Source of the DNA: a virus
Lineage: Duplodnaviria; Caudoviricetes
IMG/VR virus record: IMGVR_UViG_3300005201_000711
Location: 1,436 to 65,435 of that record
Reading direction: 5' to 3' (one strand)
DNA: 64,000 bases
Under the pieces are notes generated by a model. The model was not told the origin of the DNA, searched no databases, and was given only the letters and a program-made list of their open reading frames with translations. The position numbers were made by a program, and so were the translations under genes. Positions 38,433-49,032 of this stretch are shown here, in pieces (the first letter of the stretch is position 1; every line of letters starts with the position of its first letter).

Positions 38433-39312
38433 GTTTTTCCTCTGGGAATTTATATTCCCATTCATCACAGCAATGATTACAGGGATTATCTATAGCGCAC
38501 CATTTTTGCCTATGCCTGTGATAAAAAGCCATCTGTCCGCAGTAAAACTCTTTATCCTTTTTTATCCAGATGCAGTTATAGCACCCCTTTTCTGTAAATG
38601 TCTTAAAATTAGTTTTTGTTTCAAAAGAGAGCCTTTTCGTTGCTTCCGTATTGACCGTTATCCTCTTGAGTTTCTTTTCTGCTCTTGCAAGAAAATCACC
38701 TATGTATTCGCCTTTTCTTTGTGTCGCAATATATTCTGTCCAGCCTGGTCTATAATTAAACTCCCAAAAACTGAACATTATTTTTATAAAATATCCCTCT
38801 CCACAAGTTGAGAATGTAACGCTGATTATTTTTGGACGTGTCCTCCACGGAAAATCAGGGTGTGCGTATTTCTTTTTTAGTTCCTTTTTTTCGTAAAGTG
38901 AAATTCTATAAAGAAGTCCGCTGATGTTTCTATTTACCGTTTTATCAGGTAGATTAAGATACCTGTATTTCCCAAAGAATATTTTATTCTTTGCTCTCCA
39001 TGCCGCTACTTCTTTATAACCACCGTGTGATGCTCTAGGAGACAAAACAGCCCTCGTAAATATGGAAGTTAAAAACCTTCCAAGACTTCTCTGATGAGCT
39101 ATAGGAAATGGCGTTGCATGGTCATTATCATTACAGGAACTATACCCATAGATTAACTGATTTATTCCGCTTATGTACCAGCCACTTCGTTTCCGATAAT
39201 CACCTTGTAATCCGGTTTCTAAAAACCAATTTACTACCTCAAGCCCTATATCAAGCTCAAAGTAACCATAGTCTTCATAGAGTAGTTTAGTAAAATCAAT
39301 TTTAATTTTCAT
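38422..39312 (-). CDS. Hypothetical protein
   Basis: 296-aa coupled ORF. Confidence 0.55.
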   Translation of the reverse strand: MKIKIDFTKLLYEDYGYFELDIGLEVVNWFLETGLQGDYRKRSGWYISGINQLIYGYSSCNDNDHATPFPIAHQRSLGRFLTSIFTRAVLSPRASHGGYKEVAAWRAKNKIFFGKYRYLNLPDKTVNRNISGLLYRISLYEKKELKKKYAHPDFPWRTRPKIISVTFSTCGEGYFIKIMFSFWEFNYRPGWTEYIATQRKGEYIGDFLARAEKKLKRITVNTEATKRLSFETKTNFKTFTEKGCYNCIWIKKDKEFYCGQMAFYHRHRQKWCAIDNPCNHCCDEWEYKFPEEKHDI

Positions 39313-39989
39313 ATCCCAAGCCTCCGAAGGTTTTTCTTTTTATGTACATCAGCAAATCGCTCAAGTTCTGATATGAGTTCAATTATTTTCTTCCTGGGCG
39401 GTTCCGGCAGGTTATTGTTTCCACTGTCCGCGCCGATATTTATATGTGAGACAGGAAGTCCATATAGCATGGTTACAAATTTCTTTGTATCAAAATCAAG
39501 TATAGGCTCAATCGTTATTTGTACAGGGATACGCGGATCCATTTTGTAGTACAAATCATATAATGCTTCCGCACGGTCTTTTGGATAAGGTGTATTTCCC
39601 ATAATCCCCGGATAAAACCGATTCGTTTCTATAGTGGTGCAAATTGTGAAATTGGTATCCGCAGGATACAAAAACGGTAGTATCCGTTTCGGGTTTTTGG
39701 ATTGGAAGAAGAACTCCGTATAAGGGAAGTTCCGAATATAGTGTAATACTTTTTTGATCCACTCATCGGGAACATCGTCAGCAAATAAGTCGCATGAAGA
39801 ACCTACAAATATAGTAAGCCCTTGATAGATGTATGTTTTTAGTTCTTTCTCATCAAGATGTATTGGGTTCTGTTTTCCCCAGCGTTTCATATAGCAGTAT
39901 GCGCAGTCATGGGAACACTTGCCTTTAACAGGATTCCATGTATGAGAAATAAAATCGTACATATCCCCGGAACGTGGATTAAGCGGCAT
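39309..39989 (-). CDS. Gp37/Gp68 (DUF5131) radical-SAM-like protein
   Basis: TWNP..G.C...C.YCY, FV.S..DLF, TK.P motifs. Confidence 0.75.
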   Translation of the reverse strand: MPLNPRSGDMYDFISHTWNPVKGKCSHDCAYCYMKRWGKQNPIHLDEKELKTYIYQGLTIFVGSSCDLFADDVPDEWIKKVLHYIRNFPYTEFFFQSKNPKRILPFLYPADTNFTICTTIETNRFYPGIMGNTPYPKDRAEALYDLYYKMDPRIPVQITIEPILDFDTKKFVTMLYGLPVSHINIGADSGNNNLPEPPRKKIIELISELERFADVHKKKNLRRLGI

Positions 39990-40157
39990 TTCCGGTCTCC
40001 TCTTTTTTTGGTTCTAAAAACCATTGGATTCCAAAGGAGATACCATTTAATGACGAAACAAAAATCCATATAATTTGAAAAACAGCCTTTGTTGCCATAC
40101 CTGTACAAATTGCGGCCAGAATAATCACAAAGATATTACTGACCATAAAAAACTTTC

Positions 40158-40511
40158 TTAACATTCGTTTCTCTCCTTCTCCTTGTATTCATATTTTGTC
40201 AAATCAGTAAAACCGCAGCCGAGCAGGACTTTAACAAATTCCTCATCAGTAATACGCTTGTTATCTAATAAACCGAGCGCGTCAATAACGTCTTTGAAAC
40301 TTGCAAGTACCTTCCATGAATCTTCAAAAGCTTCTAAGCAGGGTACGAGTTTTCCACAAAGTTCAATCCACTCCATAGTCATTTCTCCGGTAGTACCGCC
40401 TTCGGTTGAGTAGATACCAAAAGTTACGCAGCCATTTTTTAATCGGTTCGCATCCGCGTACCATGCTTTGTTTGACCAGTGAAAACCACGGAATAATTTA
40501 GTGTCACTCAC
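40158..40511 (-). CDS. Hypothetical protein
   Basis: Coupled ORF. Confidence 0.5.
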   Translation of the reverse strand: MSDTKLFRGFHWSNKAWYADANRLKNGCVTFGIYSTEGGTTGEMTMEWIELCGKLVPCLEAFEDSWKVLASFKDVIDALGLLDNKRITDEEFVKVLLGCGFTDLTKYEYKEKERNEC

Positions 40512-40794
40512 TTTGAGCCTCCTTTCTTAATAGCCTATCTATTTCAGCAGCAATTAAAGCTCCTGCTTTTTCCAGTTCATGTATGCGATTATTAGGTGTC
40601 GGTTCCCAAAAAGAGATATTCCACGGCCATATATCTATCAAATCAAGATCTCTGGATTCACCTGGCTCCATGCAATAACACATAGCAGCTTGAACAATTT
40701 CACCTTTATCCCAAAAATCATCATACTTTGCGGTATATCCACATTCCTCAATTTGCCGTTTTCGTTCCGCAGTAATTCTTTCAACTCCGTTCAC
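40504..40794 (-). CDS. Conserved phage hypothetical protein
   Basis: AER.RQI....DD...GE..AA.CY...WPW...W.P...L.KAGALI.AEI.RL pattern. Confidence 0.65.
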   Translation of the reverse strand: MNGVERITAERKRQIEECGYTAKYDDFWDKGEIVQAAMCYCMEPGESRDLDLIDIWPWNISFWEPTPNNRIHELEKAGALIAAEIDRLLRKEAQSE

Positions 40795-41075
40795 AATGAA
40801 ACCTCCTGTCCTATCGCTTCGTCATATTCCCAGCACTTTGTTCTGTTATCTGCGTGGGGACAATTTTTCAATTCAGGGCAAATAGGGCATAGCTTTCTTT
40901 TTTGCTTATTCTTTTTCCCAAGTTTCAAAAAATCCCCGCGATAAACAGGCAACGTATAATCAGGGCAGTGTTTACTTTCATCTCGTTTATTGCCTCTTTT
41001 ACAAGGATTCTTTCCTAATTGAAAGTGTTCACACATAAAACATGGCCTATTTTTTTTTCTCATTCTGGTCTCCAA
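40791..41075 (-). CDS. Cys-rich hypothetical protein
   Basis: Several CxxC motifs. Confidence 0.45.
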   Translation of the reverse strand: METRMRKKNRPCFMCEHFQLGKNPCKRGNKRDESKHCPDYTLPVYRGDFLKLGKKNKQKRKLCPICPELKNCPHADNRTKCWEYDEAIGQEVSL

Positions 41076-41404
41076 TCTTCCGGAGGAGAATTAGGACCTT
41101 CGGCGCAGATAATAAACTTATCTCTTGTAGCACGGGCTGTTTTATATCGACACACACCCCAAAAACCTCCCCCAGGGAACTCTCTCCCATCGTGATTAAA
41201 CCATACCGGATTTGTACTGCTCCGGAGTTTCAAAGCCGGGAATACCTAATTCCTTATTACCTCGCGTGTCTATTACGCTGTAATGAACATCAAACAGCTT
41301 ATTATTTTTAGCGCACCAAGCCACAGAATGAGCCGTTGCCCACATACCCAAAAAAACGCCTATTCCAAGTCCGAGAAGAACTGCGACAGTAAAAGTAAGT
41401 ACCA

Positions 41405-41629
41405 TCATTTTTCAACCTCCATTTTCACCGTTCCACACTTAGGGCAAGAGTACATTCTTCTGCGAAAAGTATAAGCGTCAGACGGTATAGCTCTATGTCC
41501 TGGCTTCTGTTCTGGAGCCGGTAAGCGTACCGAAAAATGCAAGGTGTCATCGAGAGCGTAATTATATGCCGCTACTTTTACCTCGATAAATTTACTTGTA
41601 TCTGCTTCAAACCCGCAAAGACACGTCAT
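41405..41629 (-). CDS. Small Zn-ribbon protein
   Basis: SD GGAGG before ATG 41629 (MTCLCG...CPKCG). Confidence 0.5.
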   Translation of the reverse strand: MTCLCGFEADTSKFIEVKVAAYNYALDDTLHFSVRLPAPEQKPGHRAIPSDAYTFRRRMYSCPKCGTVKMEVEK

Positions 41630-42035
41630 GATTACCTCCGTACCTAAAATCCGTAAAGTGTAAGATTGCCATTTCGCTATTACGTTTGTAGTATCCCTGT
41701 AATACTCCTTTTGTAAACCAAGTAATAAAATCAGAGTATTTTTCAAATCCATCGTTTTTCGATAATTTTATTTTCTCGCCATTAAATTCAAACCAAAAAG
41801 CTGGTATATCGGAATCTACAACAAACTTAATTACCTGTACACTCACAATCCGTTTCACGCAAAATATTTTCTGCTTACTCCGATAAGGCTTTCCTTCCCA
41901 TGTAAATAGAGCTACTTCCTTTCCCTCATAGCGTTTCCAGTATTCGTAGTTCTGGCGTATCGTGTGTATTTTGCCGGGTATTAAATCGTTACCTGCTTCA
42001 TTAACAAAGCATGGATTGAAGGCTATACCTCTCAT
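41607..42035 (-). CDS. ASCH/PUA-like protein (ORF track strand label is wrong)
   Basis: The listed protein MRGIAFNPCF.. translates from the minus strand (ATG 42035, TGA 41607); GK..TIR and DGF..F..WF motifs. Confidence 0.6.
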   Translation of the reverse strand: MRGIAFNPCFVNEAGNDLIPGKIHTIRQNYEYWKRYEGKEVALFTWEGKPYRSKQKIFCVKRIVSVQVIKFVVDSDIPAFWFEFNGEKIKLSKNDGFEKYSDFITWFTKGVLQGYYKRNSEMAILHFTDFRYGGNHDVSLRV

Positions 42036-42247
42036 TTTTTCGTTCCCTCTCTCTCTACAATTTTTGTTTCCCCGCAGGAAGGGCAGTCAAATGTCTGCAC
42101 CATGATTCCGGTAGAGACAATCCTCATTGGTGTCTTGCACTTTGGGCAGGACGGACGTTTAATCTCAATCTTGTTTTTAGCGGCCATCACCGTCCTCCTT
42201 ATCATCTTCTGTTTCCCGGCTTCGTTTTTTTTCCGGTTCCTGCTCAT
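42032..42247 (-). CDS. Zn-ribbon protein
   Basis: CPKC...CPSC. Confidence 0.45.
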   Translation of the reverse strand: MSRNRKKNEAGKQKMIRRTVMAAKNKIEIKRPSCPKCKTPMRIVSTGIMVQTFDCPSCGETKIVEREGTKK

Positions 42248-42354
42248 TGTTCAAATGCCGGCACTGGCTTTTGGATTCTGCTTCACAGACATGGCTTACA
42301 TCGTCAATGTACCAGCAGCCGATATCTTGATACGGACACTTCATAGCACTCCTC

Positions 42355-42927
42355 CTAGTCAATAAGCATTGGCTGTATTAGAGCCATGCGGTTACCTTCA
42401 GTAAATTTCAATGCTTTACTTGGGCCGTACCATTCCACGTTCCATGTAAAACCAGTTCCGAGATTATGAAGGTACTCAAGGTTTATTGCTGTGGCATCTG
42501 GAAAATCATGGATAAACTTTGCAAGTTCTCCGAAGTTTCCTTTATAGCCATTCATGCTGAACCCCTCAAAGGTGGTGGTATATGTTGCCTTTCCCTGGGG
42601 AATAACCTTGCGCCAGTCAGGAAAATGCCACCCATTTACCTCGCAATCTTCCAAGCGAACAGTCCATAGGGCATTTCTTTTCGCTCCCCTTAATACTTCC
42701 CAATATCCGGGAGTCATCCCTAATACAGAAGCCACGTCAAATGGATCAATAAGGTGCAAACGCCGTCCATCCGTTGCGACACCTAAAAGGCCTTCGCCTT
42801 TATCCGATTTCTCAATATGGATGTACTTCATAAAGTACCTTGTTTCATTCGTAGAAACAGCCTTAGATAAGAAATCTAACTGAAACGCAAAGCTCCCCGG
42901 AGCGTCAATAAACTTTCCGTATTTCAT
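42355..42927 (-). CDS. Hypothetical protein resembling a beta-clamp domain fragment
   Basis: AVS..ETRY....I, VATDGRRLH, FPDWRKVIP motifs. Confidence 0.45.
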   Translation of the reverse strand: MKYGKFIDAPGSFAFQLDFLSKAVSTNETRYFMKYIHIEKSDKGEGLLGVATDGRRLHLIDPFDVASVLGMTPGYWEVLRGAKRNALWTVRLEDCEVNGWHFPDWRKVIPQGKATYTTTFEGFSMNGYKGNFGELAKFIHDFPDATAINLEYLHNLGTGFTWNVEWYGPSKALKFTEGNRMALIQPMLID

Positions 42928-44009
42928 TCCTGTTCTCCTTGCCTTTGAACATTACCTTGCAGGGTAATGAACCTGATAAGATTCACCTTATCAAAAATGG
43001 AAACATACTGATCTCCTGATTCGGTAATCAGCGGATTTCCTTTGTATATAAACGAAGCCAGATAGTTCCGGCACTTCGCACACTTTTGCGCATCTATATT
43101 CGGTACAGCGTCATCTGGAAGTATTTGATACTCCTCCTGCATTGCGTTCTCAATATATGTAGTCAAGTCCTTAATACTCGGAGCTTCCTCTTTTGGCTTT
43201 GGAGGCGTCGCGGAAGCGGGAACCTCCGCTATTGCCTCGGCCTCGGCTTCTTCTTTCTTGCTTTTGAAGCCCATGAGAAACAGCACTACCGTTATAGCCA
43301 GCGGAGCAAGCAGGTCATAGAAGACGGCAGGGATAGCAATCATGAAGAAGTCGAAAAAGTATTTTCTATCAATTTCTTTCAGCCTCAATATGAAGGCGAA
43401 AAAAGTCCGTGGTATTGTGTCAACGTAAATGTTCTCAACAATGTTCTGCACGGTCTCTTTTTCGGTTGCGCTTAGGTTCTGCGCCGTCTCCATGATTGTC
43501 CTCATGCTGTTGTTCCAACTCGCTCCCTGCTGCTCTGCCATTGCCAGCAGCCTGTCCATGTTATCCATTGTCCATTGTGTTACATCGTGGCTTTCTTCCG
43601 TTTTATCGCGTAGTAAAGCGCTCCGATTTTTTTCTATCATGTCCTGTATATCCGCTTGTATGACATCGCTTTTTAGAAACTTGTCATAGTTCAGGGATAG
43701 AGTAGAAAAAATGGAAAATGTAATTACCGTTATTCCGATAACCACAAAGAAAATCGAAAACAGTTTAGCGGCTCCCTTCTGCGCTAGAAACAACTGCGCC
43801 GCTGTAAAGCTGGTAGCGCTAAAGACGATCAAGGCCATACCTGTCAAAATAGACATGACCTGCTCCATGCCGGTAAGCAAAAGGTACGAGGCTGTGTTTC
43901 GGGCCGACATGAAAATACATAACGCGCCTACCGCCAGCATTGCCACAAATACTATGTTTCTGGCGTTAAAAATGCCAAGTATAAAACCGCTAAACCGTTT
44001 CTCATTCAC
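42924..44009 (-). CDS. Multi-pass membrane protein
   Basis: GTG start at 44009 overlapping upstream stop; three N-terminal plus one further hydrophobic segment. Confidence 0.6.
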   Translation of the reverse strand: MNEKRFSGFILGIFNARNIVFVAMLAVGALCIFMSARNTASYLLLTGMEQVMSILTGMALIVFSATSFTAAQLFLAQKGAAKLFSIFFVVIGITVITFSIFSTLSLNYDKFLKSDVIQADIQDMIEKNRSALLRDKTEESHDVTQWTMDNMDRLLAMAEQQGASWNNSMRTIMETAQNLSATEKETVQNIVENIYVDTIPRTFFAFILRLKEIDRKYFFDFFMIAIPAVFYDLLAPLAITVVLFLMGFKSKKEEAEAEAIAEVPASATPPKPKEEAPSIKDLTTYIENAMQEEYQILPDDAVPNIDAQKCAKCRNYLASFIYKGNPLITESGDQYVSIFDKVNLIRFITLQGNVQRQGEQE

Positions 44010-44116
44010 TTTTTCTTCTCCTTCCCGCAATATCCATAGCGGTAATAAATGCAGTTCTGCGTACAATGAATACATATAGGCGGCATTGGCAGTGGTGCTA
44101 AAGCTGTACCGTTCAT
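44006..44116 (-). CDS. 36-aa Cys-rich micro-protein
   Basis: Not in ORF track; ATGA/GTGA overlaps on both sides; MNGTALAPLPMPPICIHCTQNCIYYRYGYCGKEKKK. Confidence 0.45.
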   Translation of the reverse strand: MNGTALAPLPMPPICIHCTQNCIYYRYGYCGKEKKK

Positions 44117-47100
44117 GCAGCCTCCCTCCTGGACAATTCTTCCATGTCAATTTTTTGCTCAATCATTGCCTTCACTTCATTGCTATGCGTGATGATTACT
44201 GTCAGCCGCAGATTACTCTCCGCGTGTGCCGCTTCCAGCATCCGGCAGTAAGCAGTTTTGGCCGCCGAATCCAACGCGCCATCTGCTTCATCTTGAAAGC
44301 AGGTGAGGAAAGAAAAGTTTGTATTGCGCTTTCTTATAACGGCAAATGCGTCATATATAGCGCGTTTTATCCATACCGCTTCGCCACCGGATTTGTCATC
44401 GAGGAGTACTGCCTCGCCGTCCTCGCTGTCAATGACATAGATTAGGAAGTCCTCTATCTGCTTCGTTTTCTTTCCAGCCCCGCCTATGCGCGTGGTTCTG
44501 ATTTCGATACGGAAACGGTCTCCGTATGCGCTCTCAAGTATGCGGTTCGCGGTATCGGAAATGCCGGGCGCGAGCGCGTCCAGTTCCAAGGCCTGTATGC
44601 CGTCCTTGCTGAATGCCTTTGCTATGAGTTCCCAATCCTGCCCTTCAATTACTGCGGCCAGGCTGTCTTTTTTCAGCGCGGAGAACTCGTTTTCCTTTTC
44701 CGCTATCTCCGCAATAGTTTTCTGTATTGCCTCAATGCTGGCTTCGGTACGCGAGATTTCAGATTTGACAGCGGTATATTTCTCGGTGAGTTCGCTGTGC
44801 AGGGCTGTAGCAGTATCAAGGTCTGTCTTGACTTTTGCGCTAATCCCCGGATCCTGCTTAACCTTTTCGTACTCGGCTTCCTTTACCTTTAGCAGTTTGT
44901 TCTTCTCGTCCATCTGCTTCTGCAAACCTTCGATACGGACAGCGGCCTCCTGTGCCTGTACTAACGAAGCGCGTAGCACTGCTATATCCCCAACACTGGT
45001 TTGTATCGCTAAAGCGGCATTCAGTTTTGTGTCATCGAATGACGTTACCTCTGGATTGGTAGGCTCATCGAAAGCGAGTTCAGATACCTGTTGCGCGATC
45101 TCGTCCAGGCTGTTGTTCAGTTCTGTGATTTTGGAATTGAGCTTTTCAATCTCCTCTTTTTCATTACTGATTTTAGCATCACGCTGGGCAGAGGCTTTTT
45201 TTGTTGTTTCCTGGGTCTCATTTGCAATTTGCGTGAGTTCGGCGTTCAAGGTTTCAATGCTGGCTTTTTCTTCCTCAATTTTCCGTACAAACTCCTCGCG
45301 CTTTGTCTTGAGTTCCGCTATTTTATCCTCCGGCAATTTCTGTCCGCAGGTAGGGCAGTCCTCCTCTATTTCCGCAGCGTCTCTCTCATAGAGTTCAATC
45401 CGGTTCCGGGCCGTTAAAATCTTGTTATCAACCTCAACCTTTCTGGTAGAGAGAGGGTTCAACAGCTTGGTACGTTCCACCTCGGCTTCATGCTCCGCAA
45501 TTTTGATCTTGCTTTCCGCTGTGGCGATCTGGCGTTCCGTTGCATTGCGCTGGTCTTGGAAGTTATTACGCTCTATCTCCAAGACCTTGAGCTTCTCATC
45601 ATAGGACGCTTTTGCCTTTGCATATTCCTTTTGCTTTGCCAGGCTTGCCTCGGTAAACTCCTGTTTACGCTTGTTCTCTGCGTCAATGATTTTCTGCTGG
45701 GCTTCATAATCGGCGACAGCCTTCTCATAGTTGGCTTTGTTTCCGGTAGCCTCGGCCTGTGTATCAATGTCCAGAGCAAGATTGTCTATTTCGGCGTGGA
45801 TAGCGTCAACGCTTGCCTTTGCCTCTGTCTCCTGCTGCTGTCGCACCTGCTCCGCACTCCACGCGGCCTGTAAGCGTTCTTTGTCTTCCTTTGCAGTTTT
45901 ACCACGCTTTGTTATGTCCGCGAGTTCAGTGGTTTTTTTCTTACAGGTGTCCTCGGCCTCTTTTAGAGCCTGTTCTTCCTGTGGCTTCTTTGCGATAGCT
46001 TCGCGGAGCATTTGCATTTTAATATCTGCGTCATGCGTTTTCGCGGCTTCCAGTTTTGCCTTTTCATTCGCGGCATCGGAGAACACCTGCAAGTAATCAA
46101 TACCGGCAAGCGCAACGAATAAAGACTTCTTTTCCCCCGCTGTGGCATCGGTGATATCAGGCAGGTTCTTGGTGGAGCGTTGTGTAATAAAAGCGGTTCG
46201 CAGGAACAACTCTACCGGGCCGAATAACGTGCCCAGGGCTTCTTCATAGGGTTTGAGATTTCCGTCAACTCCGGGTAGAGGTTCCCAAGCGGTTTCGGCT
46301 GTTTTCCTATAAATGAAGTATTTACAGGAACCGGATTTGTTTTGGCCGTCAATTTGTATGAGGAACTTCCACATAGAGCCGTCAGTGTGATTCCGATACA
46401 CCACCTCTCTGAAACTGTCCTTGAGCAGGAAGTGATCCTGTAGTTTTCCCTTTCGCGTGAACAACTGCGGGTATGGATGGCAGTTTTCTATGAGGGTAGT
46501 TTTACCCTTGCCATTATCCCCGGAAAGTGCAATCAAGCCGTTGGAATAGTTTTCAAAGTTGACCAGTATTTCTTCTTTTTTTATGCCGTGCATGATACCG
46601 ATAGATCCCTTGAGGCGCAGGGAGGCAAGCTCCCACGTACCTTCAGGCTTTATCTCGTTCTTTGAGATTTCAGCGTTCAGGGTTTCGATTTTTTTTGCAT
46701 GGCTGGCCGTGGCTTCGACATTGGTATTCTTAGCCCAGACCTCAAACTTTTTGGCAGGTGTATTGACCTCGGTTATCTCCGCAGCGCGGACGGTTTCAAG
46801 AGGTATGTCGCAGACAGTTACCCGCGATGACTTTTCCGCTCCAACCTCAAGCAGCGAAGCCAATAAATCTTCCGCTGAAAAAAGCGCACGTTCTTCCTTT
46901 ATACAAGAGATTTCCAGCCATACCCTGCAACCGCTTTTTATCTGCTCAACCTCATCCTTAGACAAATCCATAGTTGGATAACGGCGCTCAAACTTTACAT
47001 TTCGCGGGTGAGGGAAGTCGATGGTATTAACAGCGGTTAGGCGCTGGTTCTCAACCGTGGATTCAATGTCCACTATCTTGAAGCTGGGCTGGTGCTGCTC

Positions 47101-47850
47101 TCCAAAGTTCTTAGCGTAAATACTCCCGGCATAATAGGCGTTGATATTGCCTACCTTCTGTGGCTTGTGGATGTGGCCCAGCGCGTAATAGTCAGCGCCT
47201 ATATTGGCAAGGTCATCAATGGTAATGGCGATTCCGGTTCCGCGCTCTACCGTCTGATCGTTCTGGTAGACCGTTCCAGCAACCTCGCCGTGGTACAGGA
47301 CGATACACGGAATATCCGCGTACTCCCTGCGCTTTGCTGCCAGTAGATAGCACATCTTGTGCATGGCGGCGCGGATTGCTTCTTCTGTCTCATCCTTCCC
47401 CGCGCTGGTTTCCGCTAAGAGATATTTTTTGCGCGGTTCCGGTATCCCGAATATAACAGCCTTGCCGGAAACTCCGGGGATTTCCTGAACAATTTTCCCC
47501 TTGCCGTTGACTTCGGCAAGAAAATACGGTTGTCCAGGGTCAAGAACTGTGATACCATATTTACTGGTGACTTTGCGGAACACCTCCAAACTACCGTCTG
47601 TGTCGTGGGCTGGAGTGCCGTAAATCATGGCTACCGGGGCACTGTCTGCGATTTCACGGATCGCGTCAATGTATCTGGTAAAGCCACTGGCTTCGGTGTT
47701 CAGCATCGAAGCGTCCCATGTGTCCCCGGCGATTGCTACCAGGCTAACCGGGGACTTTTTTATGTGGTCTGCAAAGAACCGCAGGGATGCAAGGGCCTCC
47801 TCCGCGTTTTCACGGCAACAGTGCAGATCGCTGATATGTGCTATTTTCAT
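44113..47850 (-). CDS. Single-chain SbcD-SbcC (Mre11-Rad50-like) nuclease-ATPase fusion
   Basis: HISDLH, AGDTWD, LGHIH phosphoesterase; GDNGKGKTT Walker A; CPTCG zinc hook; SGGE signature; FQDE Walker B. Confidence 0.88.
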   Translation of the reverse strand: MKIAHISDLHCCRENAEEALASLRFFADHIKKSPVSLVAIAGDTWDASMLNTEASGFTRYIDAIREIADSAPVAMIYGTPAHDTDGSLEVFRKVTSKYGITVLDPGQPYFLAEVNGKGKIVQEIPGVSGKAVIFGIPEPRKKYLLAETSAGKDETEEAIRAAMHKMCYLLAAKRREYADIPCIVLYHGEVAGTVYQNDQTVERGTGIAITIDDLANIGADYYALGHIHKPQKVGNINAYYAGSIYAKNFGEQHQPSFKIVDIESTVENQRLTAVNTIDFPHPRNVKFERRYPTMDLSKDEVEQIKSGCRVWLEISCIKEERALFSAEDLLASLLEVGAEKSSRVTVCDIPLETVRAAEITEVNTPAKKFEVWAKNTNVEATASHAKKIETLNAEISKNEIKPEGTWELASLRLKGSIGIMHGIKKEEILVNFENYSNGLIALSGDNGKGKTTLIENCHPYPQLFTRKGKLQDHFLLKDSFREVVYRNHTDGSMWKFLIQIDGQNKSGSCKYFIYRKTAETAWEPLPGVDGNLKPYEEALGTLFGPVELFLRTAFITQRSTKNLPDITDATAGEKKSLFVALAGIDYLQVFSDAANEKAKLEAAKTHDADIKMQMLREAIAKKPQEEQALKEAEDTCKKKTTELADITKRGKTAKEDKERLQAAWSAEQVRQQQETEAKASVDAIHAEIDNLALDIDTQAEATGNKANYEKAVADYEAQQKIIDAENKRKQEFTEASLAKQKEYAKAKASYDEKLKVLEIERNNFQDQRNATERQIATAESKIKIAEHEAEVERTKLLNPLSTRKVEVDNKILTARNRIELYERDAAEIEEDCPTCGQKLPEDKIAELKTKREEFVRKIEEEKASIETLNAELTQIANETQETTKKASAQRDAKISNEKEEIEKLNSKITELNNSLDEIAQQVSELAFDEPTNPEVTSFDDTKLNAALAIQTSVGDIAVLRASLVQAQEAAVRIEGLQKQMDEKNKLLKVKEAEYEKVKQDPGISAKVKTDLDTATALHSELTEKYTAVKSEISRTEASIEAIQKTIAEIAEKENEFSALKKDSLAAVIEGQDWELIAKAFSKDGIQALELDALAPGISDTANRILESAYGDRFRIEIRTTRIGGAGKKTKQIEDFLIYVIDSEDGEAVLLDDKSGGEAVWIKRAIYDAFAVIRKRNTNFSFLTCFQDEADGALDSAAKTAYCRMLEAAHAESNLRLTVIITHSNEVKAMIEQKIDMEELSRREAA

Positions 47851-48938
47851 GCTACCCCCGGAACTTTCTTCATTACAAGAAAATCGCGGACGCGCTTAAC
47901 CATCGCTCCACGGCTCAATACTGTGGCGGTTTTGCTATTGAATTCACTCTGCGCCAGCTGGTAAGGATTTACCCCGCTCTTTGTCTTGACATCCAGGACA
48001 TCCTTGTAGGTCAGATATTGCTCAAGCTCAACGGTAAGCCTTTCAAATTCTTCCTGCTCTGTTTCCTGTGCTTCATTCCCCTCCGCAGGAAAATCCACAT
48101 CGTCAGCAGCAGCTTGAGCAGCAAGGTCAGCGGTATTGTTTCCAGGTTCCGGTGTCGGTTCCGGTTCTGTCGGTTCCGCAGGTGAGCAAAGAGGCTCCTC
48201 GCCTGTAACCGTAGCGGAGGGCAACGAGGGCTTACCAAAAAGAGTAGTCACGTCAACTCCGAGTGCCACGGCAGTTGCAAGTTTGCGTCCTTCAGGTGTC
48301 TTCAAGATGTACTCCGTATTCTGAACTATGCGCCCAAAATATAGAGGCTTAGATATTTCCTGTTCCGTGAACGCAATAGGCATTCCCGCGAGTTCACGCG
48401 CTACACGAAGACGTGCGCCAGTACTCGCTCTCTGCGCTGCAACCTTTTGGAGGTCAAGGATATACCTTGCGAGGGATGATCCGTATGCTTTTCCATCCCT
48501 AGTCGTTCTCCGTTTCTGCTTTGTCTCCGAGTTTAATTCTGTTACATCGTAATCAAGCATACCGCGCAGAACAGGGTCAAAGTCATAATCATTTATTGAA
48601 CTCATGCGCCATGAACCGTCCGACATTCTTCTCCTGCCCTGCGCTTTTGCGGTATACACTATGCGTTTCCCGCACATATCATCTTCAATGGTCATTGTCT
48701 TTACCTCGCCAAAAGTAAAGTCAATTCCATTTGCCTCGGAGATACGGTCTACCACCTCACGCTTTGGCATGAACTTACCTGAAATGTTGAAGCAGTCGTT
48801 TTCTTTGTTAATTTCTACTTCTGTAATTTCCGGCTTATACAAAGGGGTTTTCTCCTCTAGCCATTCACGGTCTACAAATACAAGCGCACCGGATTTTTCA
48901 GCGGCTTCTATTTTTGCCAATGCAGTTACTGCACTCAT
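47847..48938 (-). CDS. Putative recombination/annealing-related protein
   Basis: Start MSAVTALAK at 48938 (SD GGAGG); coupled to SbcCD; acidic Pro-rich tail; family not recognised with certainty. Confidence 0.4.
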   Translation of the reverse strand: MSAVTALAKIEAAEKSGALVFVDREWLEEKTPLYKPEITEVEINKENDCFNISGKFMPKREVVDRISEANGIDFTFGEVKTMTIEDDMCGKRIVYTAKAQGRRRMSDGSWRMSSINDYDFDPVLRGMLDYDVTELNSETKQKRRTTRDGKAYGSSLARYILDLQKVAAQRASTGARLRVARELAGMPIAFTEQEISKPLYFGRIVQNTEYILKTPEGRKLATAVALGVDVTTLFGKPSLPSATVTGEEPLCSPAEPTEPEPTPEPGNNTADLAAQAAADDVDFPAEGNEAQETEQEEFERLTVELEQYLTYKDVLDVKTKSGVNPYQLAQSEFNSKTATVLSRGAMVKRVRDFLVMKKVPGVA

Positions 48939-49032
48939 TCTGTTACCTCCAATCCTTAGAGTTAATTTTTTGGCTATCGCCGACCGTATTCCGGTTTCGG
49001 CGCGGGAGCCACCCGCGCCATCGTCAGGACGA

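Noticed and set aside
41607-42035. ORF track lists this ORF on the + strand
   Set aside because: The given protein translates only from the minus strand (CAT at 42033-42035, TCA at 41607); annotated as minus.
44486-45391. 301-aa plus-strand ORF and other long antisense ORFs in structural and SbcCD genes
   Set aside because: Shadows of strongly supported minus-strand genes.
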